From: Phaeosaccion multiseriatum
Lineage: Eukaryota; Protista; Ochrophyta, other classes
Direction: 5' to 3'
Length of the DNA: 64,000 nt
Assembly: GCA_965112735.1 (NCBI GenBank)
Contig: OZ218951.1
Span: forward strand, 3,658,001 to 3,722,000
The notes under the pieces were generated by a model, which saw only the letters and a program-made list of their open reading frames with translations, did no database searches and was not told the origin of the DNA. The position numbers and the translations under genes are program-made. How positions within the stretch are numbered: position 1 is the stretch's first letter; every line of letters starts with the position of its first letter. Shown here one piece after another: positions 1 through 12,017 of this stretch.

Positions 1-740
1 CTTGCCCCCCCGTGGTCATAGAGTCGAGCTTGGGCGGTTTTGGAGGGAATGGGGGAATGGGCCCAGCGCAAGCCGGGCAAAGCCAGGCTCCATCTGGCAC
101 CTCTGTCATCGCAAAACAACGTGACCTGCCCTTCCACTTCGTCTTGACTGCATTCTGGCAGACGACGCAAGCAGTACCTTCGATCCCTGCCATGTTTTCA
201 TGTGTCCTATAGACTTCCACCACATGGAAACAGGATACAGGTTTCGAGGTCGATTCGTCATCCAACCGAGGTCGACTTTCGTCTCGATTGGAGAAAGATG
301 GAGTATCTACATCCAGACGTATGACTGCGCCAGGCCTGCTCTTTCCTCTGCCTCCGCGACTCGATTCTTCTCGATCCTAGATTGCAGATGAGCTCGGAGT
401 TCCGGGTCTTTGCACGCAACGAGGTTCTTGCGTGGCTTCTTCTTTCGGCCCCTGACATGCTTCTGAGACAGGCCAGCCCAGAAGCAGGAAGCAGGCCGGC
501 TGGCGCCGGCCAGAAGCAGGAAGCAGCCTTGGCCCTCATCATTGCCTTATTACATGGCTTTCCCCCAGAACCTGGAACCTGCCTGGCCGGCTGGCGCCGG
601 CCAGAAGCAGGAAGCAGGCCGGCTGGCACCGGCCAGAAGCAGGAAGCAGGGTCGCCTCAGAAGCATGTCAGGGGCCGATCTTCTTCCCTCCGGATGAAGC
701 CCCACCATTGCCTCCCTCCTCCCTACTTCTCTTCCTCCCT
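1..740 (-). pseudogene. Degenerate PHD-finger-containing gene remnant, interrupted by a MITE and running off the window edge
   Basis: Minus-strand translation gives CVVCQ, then in another frame SQDEVEGQVTLFCD, then EVPDGAWLCPAC. These are PHD pieces with a frameshift and the central C..H missing. An upstream coding-like stretch GGKKKPRKNLVACKDPELRAHLQSR is split by the 445-678 element. Confidence 0.5.
445..678. mobile_element. MITE (non-autonomous DNA transposon) with 23-bp perfect TIR and 7-bp TSD
   Basis: TCGGCCCCTGACATGCTTCTGAG (445-467) is the exact reverse complement of 656-678. It is flanked by the direct repeat TCTTCTT (438-444 and 679-685). Internal repeats are CCAGAAGCAGGAAGCAG and GGCCGGCTGGCRCCGG. 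Confidence 0.9.
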
Positions 741-883
741 TTCGCGCTGGTGCTGTTCTGAATAATATTCTGTGAGGGACTTCTGAATGCTTTGTGTAAG
801 GGTTCCAACTCACAGATGGCGAAGAATCACCACTTGCACTGGGACAACGTTCTGCGAGAGAGAAGAAGGGTAAAAGAAGGAAG

Positions 884-2811
884 ATGGTTTTCCTTCGAGC
901 CTTCCTAATCGTCGCCATTGGATATGCAGCAGGGGGGCAGGGTTCGCAACCCGAGAAACCTTCGCAGCAGGAGCACCCTACCGAGCGGCAGCAGGAGCAG
1001 CAAGAGGATGGCTTCCCATACTATTACAAGCGTTTCCGAGACTTGCTGAGTAAGAGGAGGTATGAGGCTGCGATTCTGGACTTGAGCAAGGCGTTGGAGA
1101 TCCGGCCTCGCCACACCCAAGCCTTGGCGCAGAGGGGCAAGCTCCAGTTGCTGTTGGGGTACTGTGCGTTGGCGGTGGACGACTACCGGCTGTTGAAAGA
1201 GGTCGATGCCGGTGAGTAGTTTGTTTCCCCGCGACCAGAGTAACTTAGTCTTTGAGGAAGAAAGAGGCACCCCCCAAGATTCCTGCCTCATCTGCTTACC
1301 CTCTGCTCTGTTTTTCCAATACTTGATGGACAAGCCACCACACGCCCTACACCGCACCCTCTCCCTCCACACCCTCCACAACCGCTGCCCACCTCCACCT
1401 CTCCGGCCGCTGAACCGAACCTCTCCTACCACCACTTTCTCTGGGGCGTTTTTTGCTTAGGGCTTTATTGCTTAGTATAGTTCAAACTCGAGGATGGAAG
1501 GAGAAAGGCAGAAAGAGGCTTATTAGCTACCCCCCAAAATTCTCGTTCCAACCCTCGACAGCGCATAAGGATGTGGATGGAGGCTTACACGCGGCAGAAT
1601 CTTGCAGCAATTTCCTCCGCGGCAAAGAGGAGGCGTTTGCTGTGGGGGATTGGCAGCGGGCCATTGACAACATCGATGGGGCTTTGGAGCTGACCGAAAG
1701 TGCGCCCCACCTGCTGATGGACCGGGCGCGATGTTCGAATAAGCTGGAGAATTGGTACGAAGTCGTGGCGGACGCGGGGAGGGTTATAAAGCATGAGAGC
1801 ACCAACGTGGAGGCGCTTTTGATGCGAGGCTGGGCATACTACCGCCTGAACGATATGGACATGGCTGCAAACCATTTCCGGGAAATCCTAAAGTCTGACC
1901 CGGAGCACGGAGAAGCGAAAAAGGGCCACCACCATGTTCGGGCCATTGCGAAGAAGAATGCAAAGGCTGAGAAGAAATTCCAAGCCGCCGAGTACAAGGT
2001 ATTCTGTTGGTTGCATTCTGCCTGCATTTACAACATGGAGTTAAATGTTTGTTACCACGTTTGTTTTTCCAGGCTGCGGCGGAGCTCTGGCGGGAGGTGA
2101 CGACAATGGATGCCGCTCTAAGACCCCTCGTATCGAGCGCGCTGCTCAATGTTGCCCGAGCAGAAAAGATGCTCGGTGAGTGGGAAGCAGTCAAGGTGGC
2201 CGCGATGGAGGCCCTCAACGTGGATGGAGATGCACCAGACGCCCTAGAGATCATTGGTGACGCGCAAATGGCACTGGAGCAGTTCGAGGAGGCAGTGCAG
2301 ACCTTCAAAACTGCTCGACAAAAGGATCAAGGGTCCAAGAATCTTGAGCAGAAGCAGCGGAGGGCCGAAGTGGCACTGAAGCAGAGCAAGATGAAAAACT
2401 ATTACAAGGTACGGGGGGGGGGGCACGGGGTTTTTTGGCACTTTCAAAAAAGCAAAATCAAACACACACACACACACACACACACACATTCCGTCGTCCT
2501 TCCGCCAGACCCTCGGCGTATCGAGAAACGCGAGCTCCAAGGAGATCAAAACGGCGTACCGAGAGTTGGCCCTGATGTGGCACCCCGACAAGGTGAAGGG
2601 ATCCGCGGAGGAGAAGGAAGCTGCGGAGACCAAGTTCCAGGCCATCGGAGAGGCGCACGAGGTGCTAAGCGACCCGGAGCTGCGGGCCAAGTACGATAGA
2701 GGCGAGGAAGTGTTTGAGAATCAGGGGGGGGGCGGACAGCAGCAGAGGAATCCCTTCCAGGGCAACTTTCATCATCATCAACGTGGGGGATTTCACTTTC
2801 GGTTCGGATGA
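884..2811 (+). CDS. DNAJC3: ER TPR + J-domain co-chaperone (DNAJC3/P58IPK-like), 4 exons
   Basis: Signal peptide, TPR repeats, C-terminal J domain with WHPDK and a GFHFRFG end. GT-AG introns at about 1212-1561, 1999-2072 and 2409-2508. Confidence 0.9.
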
Positions 2812-2843
2812 CACGCCATTGTACATTATTATGGGGCGTTTTT

Positions 2844-3847
2844 TTATATTCGAGGCAAGGTACTCATGGCGAGCTCGTACGTTCCAAAGAAAATAAAGCC
2901 GCCAATTGTAATCCACGTGACTCGAGGAACGACGCCAGAAAAGAGCGCTCCAGTGCCCTCACAAGCTCGAATTCTCTGCAGGGTTGACACCACTCCTTTG
3001 TAGGGCACGCCCTTTTCATCAGCCCCAAGCATTAACCTTGTCTTGACAACATCCATGGGCGTGGTCGCTGCCGCTGCAATGGCTCCTGCAAAGCTGCCAC
3101 AAGCCGCGGCTTTCACTGGACTGAGGGGCTGATCCTGCCCTATTGACGCTTGCCATAATTTCTTGAGCTGCTCATAGATTGGGAATTGGATGAAGGCGAA
3201 TGGAATCTCGCGCATGATTGTAGACCCGAATCCTATATACGATACGACGTCGCACAAAGATTGGGGGGGGTTGGTTTGGGCCGGGGGGGGGAATTCGCGC
3301 TGGTTCTCGTTCGCATAGCTATCTGTGCTTACCTGCGTAAAAGCCTGCAACTCCGTCCTGCTTCAAAATAGCAGCAATGGCCTTGCGGGGCGAGCCGTGC
3401 AGACCCGCCTGCACCTTCTGCTTGACATTCTCCGTTGGGACCCGGACGCAGCAGGCCATCACCTCCCCTACCGAAGCTGCAGTCATGTGCACTACGGGCG
3501 CAGACGCGAATGCGAACGATAAGTTCTTCTTCGACAGCTCATAGGTGCTGAAAAAGAGCGCAGCGCCCGGAGCAGAGCCCGTGGCCGCCGCGCCCAAGCC
3601 CTTGTAGACACCGCGGAAGCCCCCCGCCTTCAAGAAGCCATGAGGGCTCTGCAAACGAGTCTTTATCGTATCCAACGGGTAGAGACCGATGTCAACACTC
3701 AAGCCAGCAGCTGCTCCGGACTTGTCATTGTTTGTGTGGAAAAAGGCGGCAAAAAAGGCAGGGTGGTCTTGGTTGGACTAGGCCGAGCATTTCTATGCGC
3801 TTCCAATAACTCACCAGAAGTGCCGACAAGAAGCTTCTTTCTTCCAT
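2844..3847 (-). CDS. Mitochondrial carrier, S-adenosylmethionine carrier (SAMC/PET8)-like, 3 exons
   Basis: Carrier signature motifs PLDTIKTRLQ, PTENVKQK and PMDVVKTRL, plus GFRGVYKG..GSAPGAALFF and REIPFAFIQFPIYE typical of SLC25A26. Confidence 0.88.
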
Positions 3848-4019
3848 ACCCGGCGCAGCGGCACGAGACCACGCGAGCCCAGCGCGCGTGCGTAGAAGGA
3901 GAGAGGGCCAAGAAAAACTTGGACATCTGTGAGTAGGGTTTTGGATGTAGAAGGGAGGAGGAAAGTACAGGCTTGATCGTATCTCGATCGTGCCTGGAAG
4001 GCCCGTGAAAGCGTGAAAG

Positions 4020-5443
4020 ATGTCCTCTCTGCTTGCTCGTGTCCAGCGATGCGGCGTCTCCCCTCGAGTTGGGAGGCGGCTGTTGAGCGGCTCTTCCAAC
4101 TCTTCCCATGGCGGTCGCGATGATGCGTGGACGTTCAAAGTGGTGGGCCTTCCCTGCCTCCTGGCGACAGTGTACGTAGCCTCTGGAGACCCCGGGTACG
4201 AAATTCTGAGGGGAGGGGGAACCTGGCGTGAGAAGAGCAGCAGGATTTTCGCCAATCAAGCGGACGCCGTGACCAAGTATGTTCTGCGGTGGCTTCCCGC
4301 CGAGGGGGCGCACCTTGTGGCCGTCAAGGCGATGGCTCTGGGACTCGGGCCTGTGGATAGGCAGGAGGACGACAGCATCTTGGCGACGCGCGTGCTGGGT
4401 CTCAACTTCCCCAACGTGGTCGGGCTGGCTGCGGGCTTTGACAAGGAGGGAGAGGCTGTAAACGGTCTCCTGGATAGCGGCTTTGGGTTCGTGGAGGTTG
4501 GGAGTGTCACCCCGCAACCGCAACCAGGAAACGCCAAGCCTCGTATGTTCAGGTGGGGAAATGGACTTTGTGCACTTGTTTCGTTGAGCAGGGAACATTG
4601 CCAATAACGCTAGAAACACCCAACCCTCCCCCCAGGCTGCGTGAAGACCGTGCCATTATCAACCGCTGCGGCTTCAATAGCGGCGGGCTTACGGCAGTAG
4701 AGGCGAACATGGCTTCCACTGCGAGCGAAACTCGCAGTCGGAAGGGTCTGGTGGGCATCAATGTGGGCAAAAACAAGACTACGTCTGAGGAGGATGCGGC
4801 AAATGATTTCGCAGCGGGAATAGCGACTCTTGCTCCCTACGCCGACTACGTTGTCGTGAATGTATCGTCGCCCAATACTCCAGGCTTGAGAGCTTTGCAG
4901 CGGAAGGAAATGTTGGCTACGATTATCAATGCGGCAGTGGATGCGCGAGACGTAGCCGTCCAAATGGCTTCGCGGAGGCCCCTTCCCCTGTTCGTCAAGA
5001 TTGCGCCAGACCTGACCAGCGACGAGAAGAAGGACATTGCGGAGCTTGTGCTGACGGGCAAAAGAAAGGTTGACGGCCTGATTATATCAAACACGACTGT
5101 GGCTCGGCCGGCCTTTTTAACGAGCGAGAACAAGGCAGAGGTTGGGGGGTTGAGTGGGGCGCCTTTGAAAACGCTGTCCACCAAGGTGCTGGGGGAAATG
5201 TACCTCCTCACGCGGGGACAGGTTCCCATTGTGGCTGTGGGAGGCATTGACAGTGGAAAGGAGGCCTACGAGCGGATAAAGTGTGGCGCCTCTTTGGTGC
5301 AGGTGTACTCTGCACTCGTGTACGAGGGTCCCGGCCTGGTCGTGAAGATCAAGAGAGAGCTTGCAGAGCTGCTGAAAGCGGATGGCTACTCCTCCGTCAG
5401 CGAAGCCGTGGGCAGCCGATGGAACCAGGAGAAGAAGGCGTGA
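4020..5443 (+). CDS. DHODH: Mitochondrial quinone-dependent dihydroorotate dehydrogenase (class 2), 2 exons
   Basis: Presequence followed by a TM segment. Motifs [45 protein letters not shown] and GGLSG. Confidence 0.95.
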
Positions 5444-5481
5444 AACAAGTAATGTGAATAATAAAAGGGAAAGAAGGGGGG

Positions 5482-5891
5482 AAAGCCAACACCGTCCGTA
5501 TACGATAGCACTCAAAACCCTGACCATTGAAGCTGAGTCTAGCTGATGCCGTTGGGGGGGGGGGGCGGGGCTTGGAGGAGAAGGGGTGAAGAGAGTGTGC
5601 GGTGGTGGAGAATAGGTAGAGAGAGGGGTCAGCGGCGTAGGGAGAGGAGAGATGGTAGTGGAGGGATAGAGGGAGGAGTGTGGATGCCTAGGTTCAACGA
5701 GCACGAGAAAGCAGGGCAAAAGGCAGGCAACAGAAGCGTTCTTTCTGAAGAAGTAAAGTACGAAGCTTGGCAAAGCCAGCACACCGTCCGTATAGCACTC
5801 AAAACCCTAACCCTTGAAGCTGAGTCTAGCTGGCTTGTACCGTGGGGAGGGTAGTGGGTTGGAGGAGAAGGCGTGAAGAGTGTGTGTAGTG
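5482..5891. repeat. Diverged ~120-bp direct duplication in the convergent intergenic region
   Basis: ACACCGTCCGTAT..TAGCACTCAAAACCCT.ACC.TTGAAGCTGAGTCTAGCTG...TTGGAGGAGAAGG.GTGAAGAG occurs at about 5482-5604 and again at about 5772-5891. Confidence 0.85.
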
Positions 5892-5904
5892 CTTTTGGTT
5901 CTTT

Positions 5905-8004
<2,100 letters not shown>

Positions 8005-8413
8005 AACAAAGTTGTGGAGGGAGGGAGTGAGCGAGAACCCTTTCGCACATGTTGGAATCCGGACTATCGTCGACATTTGGGGGACGCTCCGTTCCACAAC
8101 GGCACACGCACGAAGACAACGCTCCTTACCTAAATTTCAACACCCGAGAAGCGGGGGGAAACCAGAGCAAGACTACAGCGAACGACCACAACTGACCCGA
8201 CCACAAAAGACCGAGGGCCGACGGCCCTCTCTAGGCAGGACATTCAAAGAAAAGAGTGCTAGGCATGCACGGTGGAGCCGACGTTCAGCTCAGCTCTGCC
8301 CTTTTGCTGCTATGGTATCACTCGAGATGGCAGTGAAGAGGAAAGGAGCTTTGCCACCCCGCGGTACGGGGCGGAGCGGAGGCTGGTTTCTCGAGGTGGC
8401 AGTGAAGGGAAAC

Positions 8414-8736
8414 GTGATCTGTCCCCGATGGGCTCACGAGCTACTGACGCACGACAGGAGCTCGGGCTCATCTCTCAGAGCCTGGTTGTGTAAGGACGGA
8501 GCGGCCAGCAGGCTTGCTCTCGGGGCTAAACTGTATTAATACACATACCAGTAGCTCACACTTTCTCTTCCCCCCCCCGGAAGAGGAAGATACTAAGAAA
8601 AGGGGGATCTAGTTGTACATTCTAATATAATATAATACTAGAGAAAGCCTGCTGGCCGCTCAACCAGGCTGTGAGAGAGGAGCTAGTTCAGTTCGAGTTC
8701 CGTCAGTAGCTCGTGAGGCCACCGGGGACAGATCAC
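8414..8736. mobile_element. Foldback/MITE with long imperfect inverted arms
   Basis: 36-bp TIR with 2 mismatches (8414-8449 versus 8701-8736). The arms extend inward about 110 bp (CTCTCA.AGCCTGGTTG..GAGCGGCCAGCAGGCTT) around an AT-rich core. Confidence 0.85.
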
Positions 8737-9157
8737 AAATGGCATCGACATACAACGCTTCCCCGTCCGGCGGTAGCTAGCGGAGGCCTACTCCTCAGGA
8801 GAAAGATAACATAGCGGGCTCACATTAACGAGAAAGCGAGCCTGTGGCTTAAGGAGAATTTCGAGCAGGGAATCAACCGCAAGGATGAGTTGATAGATGT
8901 GGGGAGGTGGGGAGTCGAGGGGAAATTATAATTCATAATGCTCCCACCTCACGTGTTGGTGCTCCATGGCCCACACGGTTTGTTCGGCGTTCCTCCTCTT
9001 TTTCCATTTATTTTCCTCATTCCCCCTGGTTTGGGAGGAGAGGAGGAAGGAAACTGGAAGAGAGGACAAGGAAGTGACCTCGTCGTGTCTTGGGCTCTAC
9101 GCAAGACGGACCAAAGGTTACCGTCTACGAATATAGTGTATAAAATTCTGGGCGTCG

Positions 9158-11990
9158 ATGTCACTCCTTCTAGCTTGCGTATGGATGCTGGTTATCTGTG
9201 CCGGGGTGAGGGCCAAGCAGATCATGAACTTGGCGTACGTAAAGGCTCCCTTTCTCCACTATGATCATGAAGGTAGGTGAAAGTGGGGGGTTCACACTCA
9301 TTCCTTAACCCTTACCCTCAGACACCTACCCCTTCCCCCGTCCGCCCCTTTTCAGGAAATCGCATCGTCCCTAAGTGGACTCCTTCTGGCAATGCGGACA
9401 TTATGCAGAGTTTTGTGCGGCTTACGGTGGACTCTCCATCGCACTCGGGTGCGCTTTACTCTCGGCAATCTGTTGATGCGGGGCATCCGGGGGAATTCAG
9501 CGCACAGATGAAGTTCAGGATAAGCGGGCGAGGGGACGGCTTGGACGAGGGAACTGGCTACCTGACTCTGGCCATGACAGATTCGGACTCATCCACTCAG
9601 TTCGGCCCCTTCTTTGGTCTGAGGAACGACTTTTACGGACTGGCGGTGCTCATCAGGGATGGCGAGACCATTGATCAGCGGCCGCCGCGGCGGCGACAAC
9701 AGGTTTGTGGAGTGTTAGGCGGTTGCTTTGTGGAGCTGTCTGCGCAGCGAGCGGCGAGCCTAACACCTGCCGTGTGCTGCTGCCAGGTGGTGGAACTGTA
9801 CGTGAGTAACCCCGGGATGGGCCACCCCAGGAAGCTGGGGTCGTGCACGGCCGCGTTGCGCTACAGAGAAGACCGGGACAACTTCTCCCTCCTGAATGCG
9901 TCAAGGATTCGACTGCGCTCGGTGCATGGCAGCCTCACTCTGGAGGTGAGAAAGACCGGGAAGACCCGCCTTGCCATAACGTCTCGTGCTGCGAAGAAGC
10001 CTGCTTCCTGCATTTGCTGACTCAGAAAGAATACTTGCGCTTGGTCTTCGTCCAGATGGACGATCGAAACCTGGGAATGTGGAAGCCCTGCATCCAAGTG
10101 AATAACTTGCACACGGACTTGACGTCGGGCATGCGAGAGATGCGCGTGAGGCTTGTGGCAGGGCTGGGCAGCAAGGAGCACGCGACTCACGACGTTCAGG
10201 AGCTGCAGTTTTGGGAAGGGCGGGATGAGGCGTGGCAGGCCACGACGATAACATCCGAGGATTCTGCGGGCGCTGAAGAGGACGACCAACTTGTCAGGGT
10301 GAGTCGAGTCAAATCAGTCTTCTGCCACACCATGATCAAACAGACGTCTTTCATGTAACAAAGATGCCCCTTGCACGACGCAGCTCATTGCCCACCTGGA
10401 GCATGAGCTGTACGACGTCAATGACCAGCTCTCTCAGTCCCTCGACTGGCTCGAGGAGAGGGGGGTGCGCGAGGCGGAGCGAATTGAGCAGCTCGAGAGG
10501 GACCTCAGTACCTCGGTACGTACATGTCATATATATAGACATACAAGGGTGGCCTTCGCTACGCTCGGCATGTGGAGGGGTTCAACGGTGACATGCATAT
10601 GAAAATAGGGGGGGTTTGACATGAACCGTGCCTGAAATGTATTTCGCATAGAGATCGACAGAATGAAGAATGGTACAGGAGTGAGAGAGTGAGTGACTGA
10701 CTGACTGGGTATCTGGGTAACTGAGTGACTGGCTGACTGGCTTTAGTGAGTGAGAGAGAGAGCGGAGAAAGGTGGGGCAGAGGGTACTGTAGTGCAACTT
10801 ACTATGTGCTTCCTTGTGCTTACTCACTAACTTGAGTGAGGGAGAGAGGGAGAGGGGGGAGGGAAGGAGTGTAGTCAGTCCGGCCGTGAGTGAGTGACTA
10901 AGTGATTGACTAACTTGCTGTACAACACTGACTGACTACCAGACTGACTGACCTGAGTGAGTGAGAGAGAGAGGGGGAGGAGAGAGTGGAGTGGTCGAGT
11001 GAGGGACTAACACCGACTGACTAACTGACTGACGACTGACTGACTGACTTGAGTGAGAGAGAGGGGGGGGGGAGGGGAGAGTGGAGTGATCGAGTGAGGG
11101 AGGACTAACGCTGACTGACTGACTGAATGACTAACTGACTGACTGACTGACTGACTGACTTGAGTGAGTGGGAGAAAGGGAGAAAGGAGTGAGGGAGGAC
11201 TATACCTGACTGACTTGACTGAAGTGAGTGAGAGAGGGAGAGGGGAGAGGGGAGAGGGGGAAGGGGAGAGTGGAGTAATCGACTGAGGGAGGACTAACTC
11301 TGACAGTCTAACTGACTGACGGACGGACTGACTGACTTGAGTGAGTGTGAGAGAGATGGGGGGGGGGGGGGGAGTGGAGTGTTCGAATGAGGGAGAGCTA
11401 ACACTGACTGAAACAGACTGACGGACTGACTGACTGACTTGAGTGAGTGAGGGAGCTACGTAGAAAAGTTCAAAGGGGAAATAGAGGGCCAAGGGGAACA
11501 TGTATGTTAGAGGGCTGAGAGGCAGGAGGGCCTAGTGCTGGCCTCTGAGGGCACTTTTCACTTTTCAGTTCATGTAGTTATCAGTATCGAAGCTGCATAA
11601 TTGAATCGGTTTTGAAGCTGGCCTCTGAGGGCACTAGAGAGCGGACACAAGAGACCATGTCTTGTAGATTTATATGCCCATGTGTGTGGAGAGGAGCAAA
11701 ACTGAACGACAGCAAAACCCCATCCACTGCAGGTGACGGAGCGGATGAGCGAGCGGCTAAATCAGCTGGAGCTCAAGGTGTTAAACAGCCTCATGCCGGA
11801 GATTAGGCAGCAGGTGGACGTGGCCCAAGGCCGCCTCGAGGGGGACATGCGGGCAAACGTTGACTCGGCGGCCCAGCAGCTCAACACAGCTTGGAAAGTG
11901 CCCTTTGCCTTGGCCCTGCTTGCAATGGCAGGAGGCGTGTATCTGGCCTGGACAGCCGTGCGCCGCATCAAACGGAGCAATTTCCTGTGA
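9158..11990 (+). CDS. L-type (ERGIC-53/VIP36-like) lectin cargo receptor
   Basis: Signal peptide; KAPF..YDHEGNRIVPKW..SGNA....FVRLT; FSAQMKFRISG; FFG..NDFYGLAV; coiled coil; C-terminal TM and RRIKRSNFL tail. A long intron spans 10516-11732. Confidence 0.8.
10676..11460. repeat. Intronic minisatellite (~95-bp period) built from (GACT)n, (GAGT)n and G-runs
   Basis: Recurring unit GACTGACTTGAGTGAG..GGGGAGAGTGGAGT..TCGA.TGAGGGAGGACTAAC at about 10950, 11045, 11240 and 11340, among others. Confidence 0.9.
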
Positions 11991-12017
11991 AAAATATATT
12001 TACACCATTCCTCTCAA

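Noticed and set aside
8311-8935. Ankyrin-like fragments (LEMAVKRKG, LEVAVKGN) around the foldback element
   Set aside because: Too short and broken to support even a pseudogene call.
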